Below are positions 18,057 to 26,873 of a stretch of DNA of 64,000 nt, in pieces. Numbering within the stretch: position 1 is the first letter of the stretch; every line of letters starts with the position of its first letter. The translations under genes were made by a program, and so were the position numbers. The notes beneath the pieces were generated by a model. That model was not told where the DNA came from. It made no database searches and saw nothing but the letters and a program-made list of their open reading frames with translations. Source of the stretch: Dehalococcoidia bacterium (GTDB taxonomy: Bacteria; Chloroflexota; Dehalococcoidia; SM23-28-2); contig DAOUEZ010000033.1 in NCBI GenBank assembly GCA_034429995.1, positions 22,294 to 86,293 of the forward strand, written 5' to 3'.

Positions 18057-19972
18057 AAGAGACTCAACCAGAAACTGCCTCCAACAAGACCACTGCCGAT
18101 ATCTCTGAAGCCGTAGACCTGGCCATCCAGCGTGCCCAGAACTATTTGCTGAGCATCCAATACCCCGAGGGCTACTGGTGGACCGAGCTGGAGACCAATG
18201 TCTGCATGGCCGCTGAATACCTGCTGCTGACCCACTTCCTCGGTGCAGCCGACCGCCGGCGCTGGGACAAGATCGTCAACTATCTGCGTCGCCAGCAACT
18301 CCCCGACGGCACCTGGAACATCTACCACGACGGCCCCAGCGATCTCAATGCCACCGTGGAAGCCTACTTCGCCCTCAAGCTGGCCGGCGTCTCCCCCGAC
18401 GAGCCAGCCATGGACAAGGCCCGCCAGTTCGTCCTCTCGCGGGGTGGCGTCCCTAAGGTCCGCATCTTCACCAAGATCTGGTTGGCCCTCTTCGGCCAGT
18501 GGGACTGGCGGGGCGTGCCTGTCCTGCCACCAGAGCTTATGCTCCTACCCTCCTGGTTTCCCATCAACATCTACGAGTTCGCCTCCTGGGCACGGGCCAC
18601 GATCGTCCCCATGCTCATCATCCTCACCCGACGCCCCGTTTGCCCTATCCCTGGCGAGGCCCGCATCGATGAGCTGTACCCTGCCCCTCGCGACCAAGTG
18701 GACTATTCCCTCTCCAAGAGCGCCAGACTCCTGAGCTGGAAGGCCTTCTTCCTCACTACCGACAAGTTCCTTCGTTTCTACGAACGCTGGGGCTGGAAGC
18801 CTTTCCGCCGACGGGCCACCCTCGCTGCCGAGAAGTGGATCGTCCAGCATCAGGAGGCCGACGGCAGCTGGGGCGGCATCCAGCCGCCGTGGGTCTATTC
18901 CCTCATCGCCCTCAAGCTCCTGGGCTACCCCCTGGACCACCCGGTGATGGCCAAAGGCCTTCGTGGTTTCGAAGGCTTTGCCATCGAGGATGAGGAGACC
19001 TTCAACCCTCAGGCCTGCCTATCCCCCCTATGGGACGCCTGCCTGGCTATGAACGCCCTGCTTGATTCGGGCCTGCCGCCGGATCATCCAGCCCTGGTCA
19101 AGGCCGCCCGCTGGCTGCTGAAGGAACAGATCCTCAGCGGCGGCGACTGGCAGGTGAAGAACGGCAAGGGCCCGCCCGGCGGCTGGGCCTTCGAGTTCGC
19201 CAACGACCTCTACCCCGACACCGACGACACGGCGGAGGTGATGATGGCCCTCCTCGGCACCCGAATCCCCGAAGAGGACGAGAAGGCTGAAGCCCTGGAG
19301 CGAGGCCTTCAGTGGCTCCTGAGCATGCAGAGCAAGAACGGCGGCTGGGGCTCCTTCGACGTCAACAATACCAGGCGTTTCATCACTCAGATCCCCTTCT
19401 GCGACTTCGGGGAGGTCATCGACCCTCCCAGCGAGGATGTCACCGCCCACATCGTGGAACTCCTGGGACGGCTCGGCTACGACAAGACCTTCCCGCCTGT
19501 CCGTCGCGCCCTTGCTTACCTGCGGCGTGAGCAGCAGCCCGACGGCTCCTGGTTCGGCCGCTGGGGGGTGAACTACGTCTACGGCACGGGAGCAGTCCTC
19601 CCAGCCCTGCAAGCCGTCGGCGAGGACATGGGGCAGGACTGCGTCCGCAGGGCCGTACGCTGGCTGATAGAGCACCAGAACGAGGACGGCGGCTGGGGCG
19701 AGACCTGCGCTTCCTACGCCGACCCAGCCCTGCGAGGCAAGGGCTCCAGCACCGCCTCCCAGACGGCATGGGCCCTGCTCGGTCTATTGGCTGGCGGTCA
19801 GGGAGCCAGTGAGGCTGCATTGCGAGGCGTCAACTACCTCTTGGAGACCCAAGCAGAGGACGGCTCCTGGGATGAACCGTACTTCACAGGCACAGGCTTC
19901 CCGCGCGATTTCTTCATCAACTACCACATGTACCGCAACTACTTTCCCCTCATGGCCCTGGGACGGCTATAG
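18053..19972 (+). CDS. shc: Squalene-hopene cyclase.
   Basis: 'DTDDTAEVMMAL' DxDDTA catalytic motif. Multiple QW-type repeats ('DGSWGG', 'DGGWGE', 'DGSWFGRWG'). 639 aa. Confidence 0.9.
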   Translation: MKETQPETASNKTTADISEAVDLAIQRAQNYLLSIQYPEGYWWTELETNVCMAAEYLLLTHFLGAADRRRWDKIVNYLRRQQLPDGTWNIYHDGPSDLNATVEAYFALKLAGVSPDEPAMDKARQFVLSRGGVPKVRIFTKIWLALFGQWDWRGVPVLPPELMLLPSWFPINIYEFASWARATIVPMLIILTRRPVCPIPGEARIDELYPAPRDQVDYSLSKSARLLSWKAFFLTTDKFLRFYERWGWKPFRRRATLAAEKWIVQHQEADGSWGGIQPPWVYSLIALKLLGYPLDHPVMAKGLRGFEGFAIEDEETFNPQACLSPLWDACLAMNALLDSGLPPDHPALVKAARWLLKEQILSGGDWQVKNGKGPPGGWAFEFANDLYPDTDDTAEVMMALLGTRIPEEDEKAEALERGLQWLLSMQSKNGGWGSFDVNNTRRFITQIPFCDFGEVIDPPSEDVTAHIVELLGRLGYDKTFPPVRRALAYLRREQQPDGSWFGRWGVNYVYGTGAVLPALQAVGEDMGQDCVRRAVRWLIEHQNEDGGWGETCASYADPALRGKGSSTASQTAWALLGLLAGGQGASEAALRGVNYLLETQAEDGSWDEPYFTGTGFPRDFFINYHMYRNYFPLMALGRL

Positions 19973-20097
19973 GAACCTTTCTCTTGCCAATCATCGCGCC
20001 TGGGAGTAGCATGGGGCTGCCCCGATTGTTAGGACTATCAACCTCCCGGCCATGGGAAACAGGCAGGAAATATCCAACTAAGGAGGCTGATGCAGCC

Positions 20098-21396
20098 GTG
20101 TGGAAGCTAAGTAAATTCTGGCCGATGTTCCTTGCCCTGGCAGCGCTCTTGCTGGTGATGCTAGCAGTGGCTTGCGAGGAGGAAGAAGAGGAGGGAGCTC
20201 CTACTGGCACACCTACCGCTACCGTGACCGGCACTCCTACCGCCGCAGCGGAGGCGCCGGGCATCACAGACACAGAGATAATCCTGGGAGCGGATGTCAT
20301 CCTCGCCGGGGCCATGGGGGCGGTCTACGCCACGATCCCCCAGACCACGGAAGCCTACTTCAACTACATCAACGACACCCAGGGAGGCGTCTGCGGGCGC
20401 AAGATCGTCTATAAGCTGGAGGACAACCAGGACGACCCGGCCAAGGCCATCGAGGCGGTGCGCAAGCTGGTGGAGCAGCACAAGGTGTTCGCCATCGTCG
20501 GTTCCTTGGGCGACGCTCCCCACTCCGCCGTTTGGGAGTATCTGAACGAAAATGAGGTGCCCGACATCTTGTGCTCCGCCGGGTGTCACATGTACAGCGC
20601 CGACCCCGAGGGGCACCCCTGGACGGTCCAGATGATCCCCGGCTACCGGATGGAGGGGACGTTCTTCGCCCAGTACATCTCCGAAAACCTGCACGGCAAG
20701 AAGGTGGCCGTCCTCTACCCGAATCTCATGATGGGCACCGACCTCCTGCAAGGGGTGAAGGACGGCCTGGACCCCGACAAGAACGAGATCGTCTCCGAGC
20801 AGATCTACGAGATCACGGCGGTCTCCATTGCCTCCCAGGTGAGCAACATGAAGAACGACGGCGCTGAGGTGGTCGTCACCAATGCCACCCCCGGCTTCAG
20901 CGCTCAGGCCATTAAGCAGGCCGACCGCCTGGGCTGGCATCCCGAGTGGTTCCTGAGCTACATCAATGCCGACGAAATGATGTTTCAGTTCGTTTCGCCT
21001 GAGCTCCTGGAGGGTGCCATTACCCTCCAGGCCCTCAAGCTGGCGGCCTGGACCGACGACCCGGCTGTAGCTCGACACTATGAGATCATGGATCAGTACG
21101 GCGGGCCTACGCCCACCAACTTCACCATCTATGCCCAAGTGCTGGCGGAAGTGGCGGTGGAGGTGCTCAGCAGGTCCTGCGATAACCTCACGCGAGAGGG
21201 GCTCATGGATGCGCTGGAGTCGATTAAGGACTTTCACAGCGACTTGTTCATAGACGAAGTGAATGTCTCCTTCTCCGACACCGACCACGCGGCCTTTCAA
21301 ACCGCCAGGATGCTGCGGGCCGCCGTAGAGGATGGGAAGGGTAAGTGGGAGTACTTCGGCCCGCTACTTGAGTTCGAAGAGAAAGCGCTGGAATAA
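20098..21396 (+). CDS. ABC transporter substrate-binding lipoprotein of the Leu/Ile/Val-binding type (Peripla_BP_6). Paralog of 60921..62222.
   Basis: GTG start preceded by aggagg. 'KFWPMFLALAALLLVMLAVAC' lipoprotein signal, then an acidic EEEEEE linker. ~80% amino-acid identity to the second copy. Confidence 0.65.
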   Translation: MWKLSKFWPMFLALAALLLVMLAVACEEEEEEGAPTGTPTATVTGTPTAAAEAPGITDTEIILGADVILAGAMGAVYATIPQTTEAYFNYINDTQGGVCGRKIVYKLEDNQDDPAKAIEAVRKLVEQHKVFAIVGSLGDAPHSAVWEYLNENEVPDILCSAGCHMYSADPEGHPWTVQMIPGYRMEGTFFAQYISENLHGKKVAVLYPNLMMGTDLLQGVKDGLDPDKNEIVSEQIYEITAVSIASQVSNMKNDGAEVVVTNATPGFSAQAIKQADRLGWHPEWFLSYINADEMMFQFVSPELLEGAITLQALKLAAWTDDPAVARHYEIMDQYGGPTPTNFTIYAQVLAEVAVEVLSRSCDNLTREGLMDALESIKDFHSDLFIDEVNVSFSDTDHAAFQTARMLRAAVEDGKGKWEYFGPLLEFEEKALE

Positions 21397-21428
21397 GGTC
21401 AGCGGCGCCTGTGCGCGTGCTGCCAACC

Positions 21429-22088
21429 TTAGCTCGGCAGCACGTAGATCAGCACCAGAGAGTAGTGGAGGGTACTGCCGAGGACCACCAGCAGATGGAA
21501 GATCTCATGGTATCCCAACACCCGCGGCCATGGGTTCGGCCTCCTGACCGCGTACACCACGCCGCCCAGCGTATACAGCGCCCCGCCGAGCACCAGCAAC
21601 ACCAGAGGGCTGGCCGTGAACCAGGCCGCCAGCTCCCACGCCGAGATAAGGCCCAGCCAGCCGAGGACGACGTAAAATGTCACCCGGAGCCACCTCGGAC
21701 TCGCCGGCCAGGCCAGGTTCATGAGGATTCCGGCACCTGCGACTCCCCAGATGACGGACAGCATGCTGATCCCCCACGCGTTGTTCAGCACAACGAGGCA
21801 GAAGGGCGTGTAGGTGCCGCCGATCAGCACCAGAACCATCGAGTGGTCCAGCCGGCTGATGATCGCCCGGAAGAGGGGCGTCCAGGTAATGCGGTGATAG
21901 CTCGCGCTCGTCCCGTACAGGAGCATCAGGCTCGCCGCGAAGATCGCCCCGCCGACATACGCCCGTGGGGAGTCCGCAGCGAGCAAAAGCAAGGGTGTCC
22001 CAAGCGTCGCGGCGATCGCCCCATAAACGTGAAACATGCCCCTTAGTGCAGGCCGTTGCCTGGGGGCGCTGTCAGCGATAGCGTGCAT
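21429..22088 (-). CDS. Hemolysin III / PAQR-family integral membrane protein.
   Basis: Seven hydrophobic segments. 'SASYHRI' and C-terminal 'LGYHEIFHLLVVLGS' motifs are typical of the HlyIII family. Confidence 0.75.
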   Translation of the reverse strand: MHAIADSAPRQRPALRGMFHVYGAIAATLGTPLLLLAADSPRAYVGGAIFAASLMLLYGTSASYHRITWTPLFRAIISRLDHSMVLVLIGGTYTPFCLVVLNNAWGISMLSVIWGVAGAGILMNLAWPASPRWLRVTFYVVLGWLGLISAWELAAWFTASPLVLLVLGGALYTLGGVVYAVRRPNPWPRVLGYHEIFHLLVVLGSTLHYSLVLIYVLPS

Positions 22089-22189
22089 CTGCGGCTAACT
22101 ACCTGCCGCCGACGGCCGGAGAGTCGGCGCTCGATCCCAACAAAGGCATGAATTATCCTGAGAGCCCTACATCGCCCGGGCTGGGGCGA

Positions 22190-22516
22190 CTACCAGCGGC
22201 GGCCTCCCGTTCGACCACCACCACCACCACCACCGCCGCCGGGACGCCGGCCGCCCCCTCCCCTGTCCTGGGGCGGACGCGCCTCGTCCACGGTGATCAT
22301 GCGCCCGTCCAGAGTCTTGCCGGTCAGCTCCCCGATCGCCTTACGAGCCTCGGCTGCCGTGGACATCTCCACGAACCCGAATCCCCGCGAGCGCCCGGAG
22401 AACCTGTCCACCACCACGGACGCCGAGTCCACCTTGCCAGCCTGCTCGAAGAAGGCACGGAGACTCTCATCGGTTGTATCAAATGAAAGGCCGCCTACGT
22501 ACAGCTTTCTCGCCAC
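22190..22516 (-). CDS. RNA-binding protein with one RRM domain and a Gly/Arg-rich C-terminal tail.
   Basis: RNP2 'KLYVGGL' and RNP1 'RGFGFVEM' motifs. C-terminal 'GGGGRRPGGGGGGGGGRTGG'. Confidence 0.85.
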   Translation of the reverse strand: MARKLYVGGLSFDTTDESLRAFFEQAGKVDSASVVVDRFSGRSRGFGFVEMSTAAEARKAIGELTGKTLDGRMITVDEARPPQDRGGGGRRPGGGGGGGGGRTGGRRW

Positions 22517-22804
22517 AGTATCCTCCTGCTCCCCTCCGATCTGTCGTCGGGGGCAAATCTCCCACTCTTGGATTGCCTGCCTCTACGTCGGGAGATGATC
22601 CGCAGGAGGCAGCAACTGTTCAGAGTATATACCCTTCTCCTAGGATTAGGGAAGTAATTAACTAACCAAGCCCCCCGGCGTCCCTTTTCCAGGTTGTCGA
22701 TTTGGGAGGTTGGAGCCATCGCCACTCCTAACCAACGAAGGGGGGGAGGGCGGAGGTTCCACCCTCCCCCCGGAGCAGATGTCCCTGGCAATCGAGCGCC
22801 GCTC

Positions 22805-23887
22805 CTAGTGTCCGAGGGTGAAGATCGCCTGCATGTCGCTGAGGGTCAGCAGGGTGTTGAAGTCCGACCCCGGGAAGTAACGCGACCAAGTGTTGCTTAT
22901 GCGGTCAAGCGAGTAGGCGGCATCTATGGTGACGCCTGTGCAGGTGGCCAGGGCGGTGCCGGTCGCCGTGCTTGGGCCGTCCCACACGGACATCGCCCAC
23001 CTCCCCGACAGCGGGCAGTCAAGGAGCTGGCCGGGAGCAGGCGTTGGCGTGGGTGTCGGTGTGGGTGTGGCCGTGGGTGTTGGCGTGGGCGTGACCGTTG
23101 GCGTCGGTGTCGGCGTGGGCGAAGGGGTTGGCGTGGGCGTAACGCCGGTGCAGTCCATGCCGACGGCGACGAGACCGTATACCGTGGTGTACGTGCTATC
23201 GAGAATGAGGTCCTCGTCCACGCTGCCGTCAGAATCCTGGTCCACGGTGTCCGCCTCGTTCTTGCCGGGGTCGTAGATGTCGGCGGCGGGCGCTCCGTCG
23301 TCCTTCACCACAATGGTGTCCAGACCCAGAGGGTAGATGCCAGGGGCAGCGCCGGTAACCACCTTCAAGGTGTAGCGGCCGAGCACGCCCTCGGTGTAGG
23401 TTGGAGGGCCCTCGGCTGCGTTCGTGCCCGTGTCATCTACCGTCGCCGCGTAGCTGCCGTCGGTGTCGGTGGGAGTGTCGCTGCCAGTGTCATCCGGAAT
23501 GCTGTCGGTGTCCTCGGCGATCAGCACCACGCCGCTGGTCATGTGAACCGCGTCGGTGATCTGCATGGGAGCGAGAGCGCTGGCATCGGGATAGGTGAGG
23601 TTGTAGCTATAGCTGTCGAGGTTCCCGACGGTGGGGATATTCATCAGGAAAACGTCGATCTCGCGGCTCTGGCCGGCGTTGATACGCACGCACCTGTCAA
23701 TATCGCCGAGCGAGTCCGCCGTGTTGCCGGTGGGGACCATATCGATGCCGACAGTGGTGACAGTGGCGACCGCAGACGCCTCGTCGCCGCGGAGCAGCCA
23801 CACGCCGGCTAGCGCCAGCACCGCTGTGAGTCCAACTGCCAGGGCCAGGGCCAGCGCCCCACCCCGACGAAATGGCAATCCTTTCAT
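22805..23887 (-). CDS. Secreted/surface protein. Signal peptide, acidic N-terminal domain of unknown function, long PT-linker (TPTPTPSPTPTPTPTVTPTPTPTATPTPTPTPTP), and a C-terminal ~75-aa two-Cys module homologous to the N-terminal module of the PAE esterase at 117..1505.
   Basis: N-terminal hydrophobic 'ALALALAVGLTAVLALAGVWLL'. C-terminal 'CPLSGRWAMSVWDG...LATCTG...AAYSLD...LSDMQAIFTLGH' aligns with 'CPQAGKWAISVWSG...FATCNE...AAYSID...LDDMQGVIALGG' of ORF 117..1505. Confidence 0.5.
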   Translation of the reverse strand: MKGLPFRRGGALALALAVGLTAVLALAGVWLLRGDEASAVATVTTVGIDMVPTGNTADSLGDIDRCVRINAGQSREIDVFLMNIPTVGNLDSYSYNLTYPDASALAPMQITDAVHMTSGVVLIAEDTDSIPDDTGSDTPTDTDGSYAATVDDTGTNAAEGPPTYTEGVLGRYTLKVVTGAAPGIYPLGLDTIVVKDDGAPAADIYDPGKNEADTVDQDSDGSVDEDLILDSTYTTVYGLVAVGMDCTGVTPTPTPSPTPTPTPTVTPTPTPTATPTPTPTPTPAPGQLLDCPLSGRWAMSVWDGPSTATGTALATCTGVTIDAAYSLDRISNTWSRYFPGSDFNTLLTLSDMQAIFTLGH

Positions 23888-24188
23888 GATTCTACCCTCC
23901 TACCACTAAAGGCCTCAAAGGAGAAGCCGAGCATACGATCGCTCAAATTTTACCCCAAACAATCAGAATGTCAATACGCACAAGCCCAACGCGAGCAAGG
24001 AAGCCCCCTGGTGGCGGATCATCCTGCCCGCGCAGCTAATCCGCCCACTTCCAGCGGGCCTGCTCCCCCGCCAACAGAAAGGGAGCTTTCAGGTGGGTGC
24101 GAGACTCCGAGATGGCGGCGGTATAATACGTACATCTTTCATCGGCCCTACGAGCCGCCATACCAAAGGAGCAAGAGGGAGGGCAGCG

Positions 24189-25082
24189 ATGCTCAGACAC
24201 GAGTACGCTGATCTGAACGGCATCCGACTGCACTACGTGACCGCGGGAAAGGGCGAGCTGATAGTGTTCCTCCACGGCTTTCCCGAGTTCTGGTACGAGT
24301 GGAAGAACCAGCTCGCCGAGTTCGAACGCGACCACCAAGCTGTGGCTCCCGACATGCGCGGCTACAACCTGTCATCAAAACCCGCAGACGTTGGTCAGTA
24401 TCGGGTCGAGCACCTAATCGAAGACCTGCGCGCGCTCGTGGAGCACCTCGGCCACAAGAAGCTCGTCCTCGTCGGTCACGACTGGGGCGGCGCCATCGCC
24501 TGGGCATTCGCAATCTACCATCCCCATTATGTTGAGAAGCTCATCATCATAAACGCGCCGCATCCGGGCGTGTTCGAGCGCGAGCTGCGAGAGAACCCGG
24601 CTCAACAACGGGCCAGCCAGTACATGCTGGTGTTCCGCAGCCCGCAGGCCGAGCAGACTCTCTCGGCGAACAACTACGCTGCGCTGGTGGATGCCGTCCT
24701 GGGCGAGGGGCTCAAGCAGGGTTACTTCACCGAAGAGGACCGCAAGGCGTACATCGAAGCATGGTCGCAGCCAGGCGCTCTCAGCGGCGGCCTGAATTAT
24801 TACCGAGCCGCGGGCATCGGCCCGCCCACGAGTGAAGGCGCTCATTGGCGAGCCACGCACAACACGGCCCCCGGTCTGTCCTCGCTGACGGTGAGGGTGC
24901 CGACGCTGGTGATCTGGGGCGAGAAGGACCAGGCTCTACTCATCGGCAACCTCGAAGGGCTTGGCAGGTTCGTGCCCGATTTGACAGTCAAGCGCATCCC
25001 CGACGGCTCGCACTGGGTCATCCACCAGAAGCCGGGGCTCGTTAACTCGCATATACGAGACTTCGTCGAGGGCAAGCGGTAG
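24189..25082 (+). CDS. Alpha/beta-hydrolase fold enzyme (epoxide hydrolase / haloalkane dehalogenase-like).
   Basis: 'HGFPEFWYEW' and 'LVGHDWGGAIAW' (nucleophile elbow GHDWG). ATG at 24189 preceded by 'aaggagcaagaggga'. Confidence 0.75.
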   Translation: MLRHEYADLNGIRLHYVTAGKGELIVFLHGFPEFWYEWKNQLAEFERDHQAVAPDMRGYNLSSKPADVGQYRVEHLIEDLRALVEHLGHKKLVLVGHDWGGAIAWAFAIYHPHYVEKLIIINAPHPGVFERELRENPAQQRASQYMLVFRSPQAEQTLSANNYAALVDAVLGEGLKQGYFTEEDRKAYIEAWSQPGALSGGLNYYRAAGIGPPTSEGAHWRATHNTAPGLSSLTVRVPTLVIWGEKDQALLIGNLEGLGRFVPDLTVKRIPDGSHWVIHQKPGLVNSHIRDFVEGKR

Positions 25083-25205
25083 AATAAAGGCTCCCGCACC
25101 GCCGTTGCCCTACGGCTGGGCGGATGGTAGATTTGGGCTGCGGCGGAAGGCCGCCGGCAAACATCGTGGAAGCACCATCGTCCTAGCCCACAGCGGAGGA
25201 GCCCA

Positions 25206-25841
25206 ATGGACCTTAGCATCCTCAAGCAGGCGCTCATAGAGGGCGACGACCAGACGGTCGCTGACCTGACCCAACGTGCTCTGAAGGAAGATCATTCAGC
25301 CGAGACGATCCTCAACGACGCCCTGATCAGCGGCATGGAGAAAGTGGGGGGGCTCTTCGAGCAGGGCGAGTACTTCGTGCCCGAACTGCTACTGGCAGCA
25401 CGGGCTATGCAAGGTGCCATGGAGGTGCTGCGCCCTCTTCTCACCGCCAGCGACTATCAGCCAATGGGCAAGGTAGTCATGGGAACAGTCCAGGGTGACC
25501 TCCACGACATCGGCAAAAAGCTGGTGGCGATGATGCTGGAGGGCAGCGGCTTCGAGGTGATTGACCTGGGGGCGAACGTCCCGCCCGAGCGCTTCGTTGG
25601 GGCCGTGGAAGAGAGCGGAGCCCAGCTAGTGGGACTGTCGGCTCTCCTCACCACCACCATTCCCGCCATGCAGGCGACTGTAGGCGCGCTGCGAGAGGCA
25701 GAGCTGCCGACGCAGGTGAAAGTCATGATTGGGGGCGCCCCCGTTACCTCCGCGTTCGCCCAGGACGTCGGCGCCGACGGCTACGCCCCCGATGCCTCCA
25801 GCGCCGTGGCCCTGGCCCGCAGGCTTGTGGCCTCCGACTAA
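25206..25841 (+). CDS. Cobalamin-binding corrinoid protein (B12-binding cap + Rossmann domain) of a methyltransferase system.
   Basis: 'GDLHDIGKK' DxHxxG cobalamin-ligand motif. 'SALLTTT' and 'KVMIGGAPVT' B12-binding domain motifs. Confidence 0.8.
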   Translation: MDLSILKQALIEGDDQTVADLTQRALKEDHSAETILNDALISGMEKVGGLFEQGEYFVPELLLAARAMQGAMEVLRPLLTASDYQPMGKVVMGTVQGDLHDIGKKLVAMMLEGSGFEVIDLGANVPPERFVGAVEESGAQLVGLSALLTTTIPAMQATVGALREAELPTQVKVMIGGAPVTSAFAQDVGADGYAPDASSAVALARRLVASD

Positions 25842-25943
25842 CTGGCTTGAAGAGCAGGCCTCCGGTTCGCCCGTTTGAAGGCATCAGCTACAGGCTGTAG
25901 ACGCGCTGCAAGCCCACAGTCAACGGATACGAGAGGTAGCATC

Positions 25944-26870
25944 GTGCGAGCAGACCCCGCTCCTCGCCAGGCGAAGCTCCTGAAGATCGGCGCATCCCCG
26001 AGGCCAGCCATCTACGATGGCGCCAAAGGCGTCTACCTGAGTCCCAGCCTGGCGCAGGTGGGCAAGCGACCTTCGGACCTCACTGAGTGGCTGAACCTCC
26101 TGGCCCCGGATATCGTCGGCCGAGCACATCGGGAGTATGTAGCTGCCGGTTCGCAGATCATTCAGACCAACTCCTTCAACGGAAATCGCTTCCGCCTGCA
26201 GGCCTGCGGCCTCGACTCCCGGGTGGAGGAAGTGAACGTCCTGGCGGCCCAGATCGCTCGCCAGGCCGCGGGGGACGACGTGCTTGTAGCGGGCGTCATC
26301 GGCCCCAGCGGGAAGCTGCCGACTGTGGGAGAAGTGGCAAAGGACGAGCTGGTGGCGGCCTTCGCTGAGCAAGCCAGGGCCCTGGACAAAGGAGGCGCGG
26401 ACTTCTTCCACATCGAGACCATGTCCGATATGGACGAGGCAGTAGCGGCTGTAGAAGGCGTCCGAAGCGTCTCGGGCCTGGCGGTAGCGCTCACAATGTC
26501 CTTCGACGCCGGGAATGTGGAGCGAGGCCTGCGCACCATGATGGGCGTTCCCCCCAAGGCGCTGGTGGAGAAGGCGAATGAGCTCGAACTGTTCGCTGTG
26601 GGCGCCAACTGCGGCTTGGGCCTGGAGGGCTATCAGCCGCTCGTCCGCGACCTGATTGAGTCAGCGCCGACCGCCCTCGTTATCGCCAAGCTGAATGCGG
26701 GCAGGCCGAGGATTGAGGGCGGACGGGCAGTGTACGAGGCCTCGCCAGCCAGCATGGCAGACTATGCTGTCTGGTGCGCCCGCAACGGAGTTCGCATCGT
26801 CGGTGCTTGCTGCGGCAGCACGCCCGAGCACATCAAGGCGATAGCCAAAGCGCTGACCCGCGAGCTGTGA
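25944..26870 (+). CDS. Homocysteine S-methyltransferase-domain (PF02574, MetH N-terminal-like) zinc methyltransferase; candidate methylcorrinoid:thiol(homocysteine) methyltransferase.
   Basis: 'IYDGAKG', 'AGSQIIQTNSF', 'GANCGLG' and 'GACCGSTPEHI' match the Hcy-binding Zn site pattern (GLNCALG / GGCCGTTPEHI in MetH). GTG start chosen after a 'gagagg' RBS; the upstream TTG of the long ORF was rejected. Confidence 0.65.
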   Translation: MRADPAPRQAKLLKIGASPRPAIYDGAKGVYLSPSLAQVGKRPSDLTEWLNLLAPDIVGRAHREYVAAGSQIIQTNSFNGNRFRLQACGLDSRVEEVNVLAAQIARQAAGDDVLVAGVIGPSGKLPTVGEVAKDELVAAFAEQARALDKGGADFFHIETMSDMDEAVAAVEGVRSVSGLAVALTMSFDAGNVERGLRTMMGVPPKALVEKANELELFAVGANCGLGLEGYQPLVRDLIESAPTALVIAKLNAGRPRIEGGRAVYEASPASMADYAVWCARNGVRIVGACCGSTPEHIKAIAKALTREL

Positions 26871-26873
26871 GGC

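Noticed and set aside
20161-21300. 379-aa minus-strand ORF antisense to the Liv-type SBP gene (and its twin at 61029..62183)
   Set aside because: Both copies of the SBP are conserved at protein level on the other strand. The antisense frames are open only because of GC-rich codon bias.
22990-23120. Highly repetitive DNA (ggcgtgggtgtcggtgtgggtgtggccgtgggt...) considered as a tandem repeat or CRISPR-like array
   Set aside because: It is in-frame coding sequence for a Pro/Thr-rich linker (TPTPTPSPTPTP...) within ORF 22805..23887, not an array with spacers.
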